Below the pieces are notes generated by a model. That model did not search any database. It was not told where the DNA came from and was given only the letters and a program-made list of their open reading frames with translations. Positions 1-7,647 of a DNA stretch of 36,472 bases are shown here, in pieces. This stretch comes from an uncultured Aminicenantes bacterium (GTDB taxonomy: Bacteria > Acidobacteriota > Aminicenantia > UBA2199): contig CBDAFS010000060.1 in assembly GCA_965195285.1 (NCBI GenBank), forward strand, positions 1 through 36,472, given 5' to 3'. The first letter of the stretch is position 1. Each line of letters starts with the position of its first letter. Position numbers and translations under genes: made by a program.

Positions 1-216
1 ATAAAAGATTACTGGATTAATTTACCAAAACATCTTGAAACCAACCTGTTAATTGATGCAGGTATTCTTTCAAGTGAAAAAAAATGGATTTCAAAAGGAA
101 TCGGTTTAATAGACAGTGTAATTATGGTAATTGCAAGAAAAGCAAGATCTAAAATTTGGACCTTAGATAAAAAATTGAATAATCTCCTGAATGATAATGA
201 GAAATACAAAACATAA
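1..216 (+). CDS. PIN-domain (VapC-like) toxin, C-terminal part; gene starts before the window; integron cassette
   Basis: Frame 1 is open to TAA 214-216 and reads ...GIGLIDSVIMVIARKARSKIWTLDKKL..., the typical PIN C-terminal pattern (D..I..A....IWTxD). The stop codon lies inside an attC R'' box. Not in the ORF track because the start is missing. Confidence 0.75.
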   Translation: MKDYWINLPKHLETNLLIDAGILSSEKKWISKGIGLIDSVIMVIARKARSKIWTLDKKLNNLLNDNEKYKT

Positions 217-280
217 CGAATCGCTGCTCCTAATCCTCAACTGCCCAGCGGTTTCGGACAGGTGAGCTTCGTCGTTAGGT
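211..280 (+). mobile_element. Integron attC site (70 bp)
   Basis: ACATAAC at 211-217 and GTTAGGT at 274-280, with an imperfect internal palindrome and a CAGGTGAG(C/T)TT right arm like the attC sites at 31495 and 33219. Confidence 0.85.
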
Positions 281-307
281 GGATAATCGATAATAATACA
301 GTTTAAA

Positions 308-540
308 ATGATTGAAAATTTAGATTACCAGAAAGTTGCCAAAGAAGTTTTTGATAATATTCAAAAAATACAAGTGAAAAACACTCCGAATCTTAGAAGA
401 ATTCGTAAGATATATTCAAAAAAGCTTGAAAATGCAGCACCCGAACAAATGAACAAGTACTTGCCTCGCGAGTAAAGCGCGAAGTAAAAAATAAACTGAC
501 AACAGGATTAAAAAACCCCATTTTTTTTCAGGGAATATAG
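308..540 (+). pseudogene. Internally deleted DNA alkylation repair (AlkD-like) cassette gene
   Basis: N-terminus (MIENLDY...NTPNLRRIRKIYSKKL, 308-475) is joined out of frame to a C-terminus reading VLASRVKREVKNKLTTGLKNP, which I recognise as the end of this family. GAACAA is repeated at the junction (443-448 and 451-456). Confidence 0.6.
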
Positions 541-604
541 AACATTCTGAAATCCATGACATTGGTTCCGGTGGGGCTGTTTTGAGTAAACCCTTGATTT
601 TTTT
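528..604 (-). pseudogene. Displaced, diverged copy of the glycerate kinase 3' end
   Basis: Minus strand reads KKIKGLLKT-(1-nt deletion)-PTGTNVMDFRMFYIP*, versus KSLNQLLTTGPTRTNVMDFRMFYIP* in the intact gene. Positions 538-566 are identical to 2253-2281 (29 bp). Confidence 0.9.
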
Positions 605-906
605 ATTAATGGATCCGCAAACGCTCAAAAAATATATATTGAAAAATACATTTGTTCATATTATTAATATTTGTTAGAAGTTAAGGGGGATTTTTTATTA
701 ATTTCCTCTGAGATGGATAATCTAAGAATATTAAATTCTAACCGAAAATTTCGGTATTGGCGAAAACCTGGGTGAATTTATAAAGGTTCGAATAATCTAT
801 TATATAACTAAATCAACAACTTATAGATCATGATATTTAATATTATAAATATAGACAAATTAAATCACATTTTCACTAATTAATGAATAAACGAGTCAAC
901 TTTCTA

Positions 907-963
907 TTGAAATTTATTTAGGATTTTAATAAAATATATACTGATGTTTATTAATAGTTAGGG
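907..963 (+). promoter_or_regulatory. Sigma70-like promoter fused to an attI-like site (copy 1)
   Basis: TTGAAA(907-912)-N17-TAAAAT(930-935), then AATAGTTAGG. 47/56 identical without gaps to 28276-28331; shares AATAGTTAGG with the attI at 32533. Confidence 0.55.
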
Positions 964-975
964 GTTAGAGAAGTT

Positions 976-1030
976 GGGTTAGTCATCAAATTTTGATAGC
1001 AGATTGCACAATGATGACTGGCCCCATTTT
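976..1030. repeat. REP-like palindromic element, left copy of a direct repeat
   Basis: Internal inverted repeat GGGTTAGTCATCA / TGATGACTGGCCC. Aligns with 2015-2068 at about 41/55 positions. Confidence 0.6.
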
Positions 1031-1055
1031 TAACTGACCCGGTGTCTCGCTGTCA

Positions 1056-1988
1056 ATGAGATCGTTTAAGATAGCTAAGGTTTTCATCATCGTGTTCATA
1101 GGGTTGGGTCTCGCTTTCTGGCTTTGGCCTTCAATCCTAATCAGATCCGTATGGCTTGTGGCTTTCTGGACATCGCTCACCGCCTCATTGTGGGTGGCGC
1201 TGGCGTCGCTCCCGCATTTGTTTCTTGGCTACCTCACGATGCCGGCTTCACGAGGCACGGTTTTTAGACGCCTCGTTCTGGTCGATTTTGGGTCCGAAAG
1301 CAGCAGCACGAGACGGTTTATATCCTCGATACCTCTTAGTCTGATCTTTCTGGGAGTGGCATGGAGCGTCGGCTTGCTTACCTATGCTATCGTCCTAGTA
1401 GCTTTCTTTCTGTCTACCGAAATAAACTATTTGGTGGAACGATTAACGCCGCTGCTCGTGCTCTATCTCGGCTCGTCCGATCCGCATGACTCGCAACGCT
1501 CGTCATCCTTGATCGCTGCCACACTCTACCCCAGGCTAAGGCGCCTCGTGACCATTCTACGGCCTACTGAACGCAGTATCGCACCATCGTTCACTAGGTA
1601 TACCTCTTATCGAACCCACGATGATCTGTGGGTCACGATGTTAGACGAGCTACTGGAACTCACTCGAATTATAGTCATTGATCTTCGCACACCCACAGCG
1701 GCTCTTTCTTTTGAACTCAATAGAGTTTTGGAAAAACGCCTCGCCTACAAAACGCTGGTTCTGGTGGACTCCCGTCAAGTGGATAAGATTAAACCCGTCT
1801 TGAGTGAAATCACAGTAAATGGCGGCGTCTGCCTGACGGACTATAGTCTGCTGGTGAATCTCCTTTATATGTTTTGCAATCCACGAATGCGACTGCCGAC
1901 CTCCGGCTTAACGATGCACTCCCTTGTTGACGACATCCGCAGCGTGAATCCGAAAATCGAGATTCCAGTTTGGGATGATTCGGAGTAG
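1056..1988 (+). CDS. Foreign (GC-rich) membrane protein with a C-terminal Rossmann-like, possibly TIR/NDT-like, domain
   Basis: 310 aa with 3-4 N-terminal hydrophobic helices and the C-terminal motif W..MLDELL..T.IIVIDLR..T.AL.FEL. GC content is visibly higher than in the flanking DNA. Confidence 0.6.
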   Translation: MRSFKIAKVFIIVFIGLGLAFWLWPSILIRSVWLVAFWTSLTASLWVALASLPHLFLGYLTMPASRGTVFRRLVLVDFGSESSSTRRFISSIPLSLIFLGVAWSVGLLTYAIVLVAFFLSTEINYLVERLTPLLVLYLGSSDPHDSQRSSSLIAATLYPRLRRLVTILRPTERSIAPSFTRYTSYRTHDDLWVTMLDELLELTRIIVIDLRTPTAALSFELNRVLEKRLAYKTLVLVDSRQVDKIKPVLSEITVNGGVCLTDYSLLVNLLYMFCNPRMRLPTSGLTMHSLVDDIRSVNPKIEIPVWDDSE

Positions 1989-2014
1989 ACTATTACTCAT
2001 GACTTCCGGTAATA

Positions 2015-2068
2015 GGGTTATTTAGTAGTTTTTGACAGAAATTTGAATATTGATGACTGCCCCATTTT
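2015..2068. repeat. REP-like element, right copy of the direct repeat
   Basis: GGGTTA...TTTTGA...TGATGACTGCCCCATTTT, aligning with 976-1030. Confidence 0.6.
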
Positions 2069-2077
2069 ATGCTCAAC

Positions 2078-2201
2078 ACCTAATCAGACGCTGGAGTCGA
2101 TCCAACGCTCCATCTCTCCGCTCGAGGCGCAGTGGGAGTTCGCATACGCCGTTCATGATCAAGCTTGCGTGTCAGGCGGCGGGTGAGATCGGGCGTTAAA
2201 A
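2078..2201 (+). mobile_element. Degenerate long attC site (124 bp)
   Basis: ACCTAAT (AAC changed to AAT) followed by CAGACGCTGGAG, and ending GGTGAGATCGGGC-GTTAAAA; GC-rich internal arm. Confidence 0.6.
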
Positions 2202-2242
2202 TGTGAATGAAATATAGAAGAATGGAGGAAATAGGGAGATGT

Positions 2243-3601
2243 TTAGGGGATGTAGAACATTCTGAAATCCATGACATTGGTCCTGGTGGGTCCGGTCGTT
2301 AGCAGTTGATTGAGGCTTTTAAAAAACGCATATGAATTATTATTGTTGAGATGCATATCAATATCAAGTTTTTGTTTTTTTGTTTTTTTTATGGTTTTTT
2401 CAGTTATCCAGGCACCGGCTGCATCAGTGGGCCCATCGATACCATCAGTACCCATACTTAACACATAAAACGGATGTTCCATATGCTGCAGTTCTTTCAA
2501 CATTTGCAGTACAAATTCCTGATTTCGCCCTCCTTTCCCTTTTCCCCTGAGGGTCACGGTTGATTCCCCACCGCTAATAAGAAGCACGGGTGGTTTAAAG
2601 GGCTGTCCATTCTTAAAAATCTCCATCATTATTGACGCGTACAATTTGGCAATTTCAGTTGCATCTCCTTTATCTCTTGAGGTCAGGATATGGGTTTTTA
2701 TTCCCCTTTTCTCAGCGGATAGCTTGGCTGCCTTCAGAAAAACACCATTATCTCCCAGCAGAAAATGATGATTGTTCTTGAATTTATCCAGTTCGGGTAG
2801 TGGCGTGTCCTTTATTCTCCCCTTTCTTCCTTTTAGAAAATAATTTTTTAGTTCGGGTCCCAGCGTATTAATCAGATTATATTTTTGAAGAATGGCATAT
2901 GCATCGAAAAAAGATGTGGAATCTCCTATTGATGGTCCGGATCCGATATCTTCCAAAGGAGAATCAATGATATCGGAAAGTATCAGTGATATGATTTTCG
3001 CTGGAAATATTAATTCTGCTAGCCTTCCTCCCTTAAAAGCCGAGATATGCTTCCGGACACAGTTAATTTCCCTGATATTTGCAGAAGATGTTATCAATTT
3101 TTGGGTTAATTTGATTTTACCCTTAAAACTGATTTCTGGGCGAGGATATGAAAGTAATGCCGATGCCCCCCCTGTAATCAATACAAAAACCAGATCATTC
3201 TCTGAGACCTTGTTTTTCACATATCTGATCACTGCTTGACCGGCATGAAAATTTTGTTTGTCCGGAATCGGATGATTTCCAGGATAGCATTTTATTTTGT
3301 TGTCTGAAAATGCCTGGTATTCTGGCGATATGATGATACCTCCGTTTATATTCTTATTTAAGATTTTTTTTAGACCTTTGTGTAAAAAAGATACTCCTTT
3401 GCCGGCTCCGATAATATGAATTTTTTCATATTCCTTCAGATTAAAACGCTTTCCCTGGATTATCAATCGATTGTTTTTGAATTTGATCTGTTCCTGTATT
3501 AGCTTAGCAGGATCGACCGCTCCCAATCCCTCTTTTAAAATATGGTTTCCCAGGATTTTGAAATCACTGTATCTTTGGGGGGGTAATATCCTGTTGATCA
3601 T
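2243..3601 (-). CDS. Glycerate 2-kinase / hydroxypyruvate reductase family (DUF4147 + MOFRL)
   Basis: Motifs IGAGKG, HPIPD, LITGGASAL, RKHISAFKGGRLA, GGESTV, GKGGRNQE, GTDGIDGPTDAAG, TGPTRTNVMD. Confidence 0.92.
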   Translation of the reverse strand: MINRILPPQRYSDFKILGNHILKEGLGAVDPAKLIQEQIKFKNNRLIIQGKRFNLKEYEKIHIIGAGKGVSFLHKGLKKILNKNINGGIIISPEYQAFSDNKIKCYPGNHPIPDKQNFHAGQAVIRYVKNKVSENDLVFVLITGGASALLSYPRPEISFKGKIKLTQKLITSSANIREINCVRKHISAFKGGRLAELIFPAKIISLILSDIIDSPLEDIGSGPSIGDSTSFFDAYAILQKYNLINTLGPELKNYFLKGRKGRIKDTPLPELDKFKNNHHFLLGDNGVFLKAAKLSAEKRGIKTHILTSRDKGDATEIAKLYASIMMEIFKNGQPFKPPVLLISGGESTVTLRGKGKGGRNQEFVLQMLKELQHMEHPFYVLSMGTDGIDGPTDAAGAWITEKTIKKTKKQKLDIDMHLNNNNSYAFFKSLNQLLTTGPTRTNVMDFRMFYIP

Positions 3602-4115
3602 TGTATTTTCCCTTTAGTTCTTTGTAGGAGAAAAGGGGAAGGGCATTGCTCTCTAAAAAAATCACCTGAGCGATTCCCTGCATGGGAAAAAGAAGAACGG
3701 GTTTTCCGGAAATATTGGATATGGATATGGTCAAAAAACCATTCCATTCCGGTTCCAGCGGAGTCACATTGATTAAAATTCCGCTTCTGGCATAAGTTGA
3801 TTTCCCCAGCACGAGTCCCATCACTTTTTTAGGGATTTTAAAAAACTCCAAACTTCTTCCCAGAATATAGGATCCGGTTTCCAGAATGATTTGGTCTTCG
3901 GTGAAGGTGTCATAATGACTTTCACTCATATTATGTGGATTGATCTGTTGGATATTGGTTTTTATTTTTTTATAAGTATTGTGCAGGCGAATATCGTAAC
4001 CATAGGGACCCAGGCCATACGAAATGACTCCCTCTCTCACTGAATAGGGTAAAAAGGGATTCAGCAACTGGTGTTCTTCAGCTTGGGTTTTTATCCAGGT
4101 TGAAGATTTCAACAT
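3564..4115 (-). CDS. dcd: dCTP deaminase
   Basis: Motifs ISYGLGPYGYDIRL, GKSTYARSGI, VTPLEPEWNG, GIAQVIF and KY.DQ. Confidence 0.93.
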   Translation of the reverse strand: MLKSSTWIKTQAEEHQLLNPFLPYSVREGVISYGLGPYGYDIRLHNTYKKIKTNIQQINPHNMSESHYDTFTEDQIILETGSYILGRSLEFFKIPKKVMGLVLGKSTYARSGILINVTPLEPEWNGFLTISISNISGKPVLLFPMQGIAQVIFLESNALPLFSYKELKGKYNDQQDITPPKIQ

Positions 4116-5011
4116 TTGCTAATCGGAAAGCCTGAGATTCTCAAATGCATATGGGTGGATAACTTTCTCAGATACAAAATACCATTTTTTAAATCCTTGG
4201 AAAACTTGGTTAGGTATTTGGCAAAACCGATTTCCTTGTTCATTCTTAATTTGTTTTCGAATTCGATGTTCAATTCCCGTAATTCGATCATTAAATTTTG
4301 CAAATATAAAATGTTATCCAAGGTTTCAATTAATTTCACAGTGGAAATATCACTTATTTTGGTCTCAGGAGTCATCTTAATCCTGTCTATTGAATCAGAT
4401 ACCATTTCCTTTACCGAGTAATCAATTTCGTTCAGGTAGGGTTTTTTATAGTCTTTATAATATCTCAATTTGTGCTTGGCGCGTTCTTGGATTTTTTTGT
4501 TCTGTTCAATGAAAGAAAGGTAAAAACTTTTCAACCCGAGGTATTTTTTTTCAAACTGAAGTATATTGATGAAATCACGGCCGATATATATTTTGTCGCT
4601 ATATGAGTTTTGCAATTCATCTTCATAGTGGGAATAAAATTTTAATTCAAATTTACCATCCCCATGGGGAATCACCCTGGTAATGGTAATATTCTGGGGA
4701 TCTGTAATATAATATGTGTTTTCTTCGATAATGGCACTGTAAATGAATAGTGAATTGATAATGAAATTTTTTAATGAATCAAAAAACGAATTATGTTGAG
4801 ATAGGAAGTCTCTGAATTCAGCCGGGGGTTCACCGATTAACGATATATATAACGGTGAAAACAGGTATTTCTCTTTATCAGAAACGAATTCAAAGTAAAA
4901 ATTATTCAGTACTTTTTTATATAGATTTGAATATTTTATTGCCGGGAAATTTGTCAGGGGGTTATCACTGTATTCCTTGAAATAGGTTTGAAGCTCCACA
5001 TTATTCTCCAT
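4109..5011 (-). CDS. Hypothetical protein (helical C-terminus), co-oriented with and overlapping dcd
   Basis: Long ORF overlapping the dcd start. ATG at 5011 (MENNVELQ) preferred over the upstream TTG at 5050. Confidence 0.7.
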   Translation of the reverse strand: MENNVELQTYFKEYSDNPLTNFPAIKYSNLYKKVLNNFYFEFVSDKEKYLFSPLYISLIGEPPAEFRDFLSQHNSFFDSLKNFIINSLFIYSAIIEENTYYITDPQNITITRVIPHGDGKFELKFYSHYEDELQNSYSDKIYIGRDFINILQFEKKYLGLKSFYLSFIEQNKKIQERAKHKLRYYKDYKKPYLNEIDYSVKEMVSDSIDRIKMTPETKISDISTVKLIETLDNILYLQNLMIELRELNIEFENKLRMNKEIGFAKYLTKFSKDLKNGILYLRKLSTHMHLRISGFPISKC

Positions 5012-5157
5012 TAAAATTATATTGTAAAAATATTCAAATGTAAATATCAAATTTTAAAATTCCAACCTGATTGTTGAATCTACCGGGCGGGTATTTTATA
5101 TTAATATCTGGTCAAATGGCTTTACTTTGTTATATTTTTTTGTTAATTGATACATAG

Positions 5158-6243
5158 ATGAAAAAAATAAAACCGTTGATTTCAGCTCCTTTGATGGCTT
5201 TAATTTTATATTTTTTCATCATTTTATTCATTATCTTGAGTTTAAAAAACTTCACCCTTCTCGCGGCGCCTGTTTTTTTTGCCCTGGTCATTGCATATTT
5301 ATTCAATCCATTGGTCAGTTTTTTGGAAAAACGGACACCTTTATCCCGTCCCCTTATCTCAGCCCTTTTAATGTGTGTTTTGGTGTTGGCATTTTCGTTT
5401 TTGGTGGGAATTTTATTGCCGGATTTCATTGACAGAATAAAGAACGCAGCTGTGAAAATACCTCAATTGTTAAAACAGTTTGCAGAAAAAGTTGAGGTTG
5501 TCAGTAATTATTTAACCAAAAATTTTTCAGAATATATTGGAAATGTTGATATAAGGGGGAGTATCGAGACCACCACAAGCAAAATTCTTTATAATTTTTC
5601 AGATTTGCTGATAAAAGGTTTTTCCAGTCTTTATGGTGTGTTTTTTATTATGGCTTTTCTCTTTTTAACCCCTCTTTTTTCATATTATTTTCTTAAAGAT
5701 TACTATAAAATAAAGAAAAGTTTATTTGAATTGGTGCCGGTTCGGGTTTCCAAAAAATTTTTAAAAAAAACCGAAAATATGAACCGGATATTATCGTCAT
5801 TTATCAGGGGTCAGGCTATTGTTGTTGTAATTCTGGCTGTTTTGTACTCTATTGGATTGAGTTTAATTGGATTGCCCTTTCCGATTTTAATCGGGATCCT
5901 TTCAGGCATCGGAGATATTATCCCCTATCTTGGAACCATAGTGGGTTTTATTATTTCTCTTATAATAGGAATTGCCTATTTTCAATCGATCGAAAAATTG
6001 TTATTGGTGGTACTGGTTTTTGCGGTGGTTAAAGGGAGCGAAAACTGGTTTTTCTACCCCAAAATAGTGGGAAAAGAAGTGGGCCTTCATTTTGTTTGGG
6101 TTTTGGTATCCATTATCCTTTTTGGTCGCTTATTTGGTTTTTGGGGGTTATTGATTGCCATTCCGGCTTCTGCCGGATTTAAGGTTTTCATTACAGATTT
6201 GGTCGATTACTATAAAAAGTCCTCTTATTTTAAAAAAAAATGA
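5158..6243 (+). CDS. AI-2E family transporter (PerM/TqsA-like)
   Basis: Multiple TM helices; motifs AYLFNPLV, YYFLKD, FIRGQ, IPYLG, PKIVG..VGLH, GLLIAIP. Confidence 0.9.
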   Translation: MKKIKPLISAPLMALILYFFIILFIILSLKNFTLLAAPVFFALVIAYLFNPLVSFLEKRTPLSRPLISALLMCVLVLAFSFLVGILLPDFIDRIKNAAVKIPQLLKQFAEKVEVVSNYLTKNFSEYIGNVDIRGSIETTTSKILYNFSDLLIKGFSSLYGVFFIMAFLFLTPLFSYYFLKDYYKIKKSLFELVPVRVSKKFLKKTENMNRILSSFIRGQAIVVVILAVLYSIGLSLIGLPFPILIGILSGIGDIIPYLGTIVGFIISLIIGIAYFQSIEKLLLVVLVFAVVKGSENWFFYPKIVGKEVGLHFVWVLVSIILFGRLFGFWGLLIAIPASAGFKVFITDLVDYYKKSSYFKKK

Positions 6244-7553
6244 AGAACATTATTATTTTTTTTGTGATTTTCCTGACATCTATCGCTTTGCCCGCTCAAA
6301 AAACCAAAAATGAAAATCAAAGTACATTTATCATTCAACCTGATTTGAATAAACTGAATTTGGATGAGAAGTCAAAAAAAATCGCTCAAGTATTTTTTGA
6401 GATTTCTGGCCTATGTGATCAAATAAACCGAAATAGTAAAACACCTGAAGACCGGGAGAAAGTTTTGTTGGAGATCACCCGATTGTTGAATAGTGCTGTT
6501 GAAATAGAATCCGACTCAAAAAATAAGATCTATTTATCTGCTCTGGCCGAAGATATTTTAAAAAATGATTTTGGCTCCAGTTATTCAAACTGGCTGAATA
6601 TGGAAAACTCCAAAATTGATATTCTTTATCAAACAGACAAATCAAAAAAGTTGACTGTATCTGTTTTGGCGTATGATCATAAATTAACTCAAAAGGCCGG
6701 ACGTTACAGCTCGCTTATTGATAAAATGAAAGCAAATACCACACGGAAGTATTATTCGATTTCATCATCCACATCATTCAGATATCCCTTTCTTATTGCT
6801 GATCTGCTTCAAACTACAGGTACAGGCCGGAGCGTTCTGACTTATCCTCCAATCCAAAAAGCAGGCAAGCAAGATCAGATAAAAATTATTATTCTTCGGA
6901 ATGTGGCCAGATATTTTTTCAAAGAAATTTTAAGACCTGTGGCTGAAAAGGCCTTTCCTTCACGGTTGGCCAAATTGGTTGATTTTAAAAGTTATTTTTC
7001 AAATATTATCATGCATAAAATTGCCCATTTTTTAGGCCCATATTTTACCAAATCAAAATCCGAAGAGCCCGAATTGATTAGAAAAAAATTGAAAGACTTA
7101 TTTTTATGCATTGAGGAAATTAAGGCTGATACGGTTGCTCTAAGCAATACGTCTTTATTGATCAAAGAAAAAATTTTGTCCAAGCAGAAGGAAAATCGGG
7201 TTTATGCGACTTATATTACCCATTTGCTGGCAAAGGTCAGGCAAAATAAGAATCTTGTGGAAAAAGACCCGTATTTGGTTCAAATCAATTATTTCCTGAA
7301 GAATCAGGGATTGATTTTTAGCCTGGGAAACCAGGAATTGTTAATCAATTTTGACAGGCTTAAGCGTGAGATTAGAAAATTAATGGATATGGTTTTAAGG
7401 ATTGAGCAAAGCGGCAATTATCCCAGTGCAAAACAATTTGTAAAAAATTATTCGGTGATACCTCAGGAATTGAAACAGATTTTAAAAAAAATGGAAAGTA
7501 TTCCTGTTGAAATAAAGATCAAAACCACCAGAGAAAAGAATCAATTAAGCTGA
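6240..7553 (+). CDS. Secreted peptidase M49 (DPP III / Nudix-hydrolase-3-like) homologue, probably catalytically impaired
   Basis: Signal peptide; NIIMHKIAHFLGP in place of HExxHGLGP, and CIEEIKAD matching EExKAD. Confidence 0.7.
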   Translation: MKNIIIFFVIFLTSIALPAQKTKNENQSTFIIQPDLNKLNLDEKSKKIAQVFFEISGLCDQINRNSKTPEDREKVLLEITRLLNSAVEIESDSKNKIYLSALAEDILKNDFGSSYSNWLNMENSKIDILYQTDKSKKLTVSVLAYDHKLTQKAGRYSSLIDKMKANTTRKYYSISSSTSFRYPFLIADLLQTTGTGRSVLTYPPIQKAGKQDQIKIIILRNVARYFFKEILRPVAEKAFPSRLAKLVDFKSYFSNIIMHKIAHFLGPYFTKSKSEEPELIRKKLKDLFLCIEEIKADTVALSNTSLLIKEKILSKQKENRVYATYITHLLAKVRQNKNLVEKDPYLVQINYFLKNQGLIFSLGNQELLINFDRLKREIRKLMDMVLRIEQSGNYPSAKQFVKNYSVIPQELKQILKKMESIPVEIKIKTTREKNQLS

Positions 7554-7647
7554 TTGCCGAGGAGTAAGCAATGTCTGAACCTATCGATGCCAGTGTCAAT
7601 CAGAGATTTTCGTCTTCGGATTAAAATCTGAATTGAGGTTTTATTAT

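Noticed and set aside
9-209. 66-aa minus-strand ORF
   Set aside because: Antisense shadow of the PIN-domain gene on the + strand.
416-628. 70-aa minus-strand ORF sharing MSWISECS with ORF 2080-2277
   Set aside because: The shared peptide is an off-frame reading of the duplicated glycerate kinase 3' end, not a real protein family.
938-958. LexA/SOS box in the promoter-attI module (TACTG...)
   Set aside because: Neither copy fits CTG-N10-CAG, and the LexA motif of this lineage is unknown to me.
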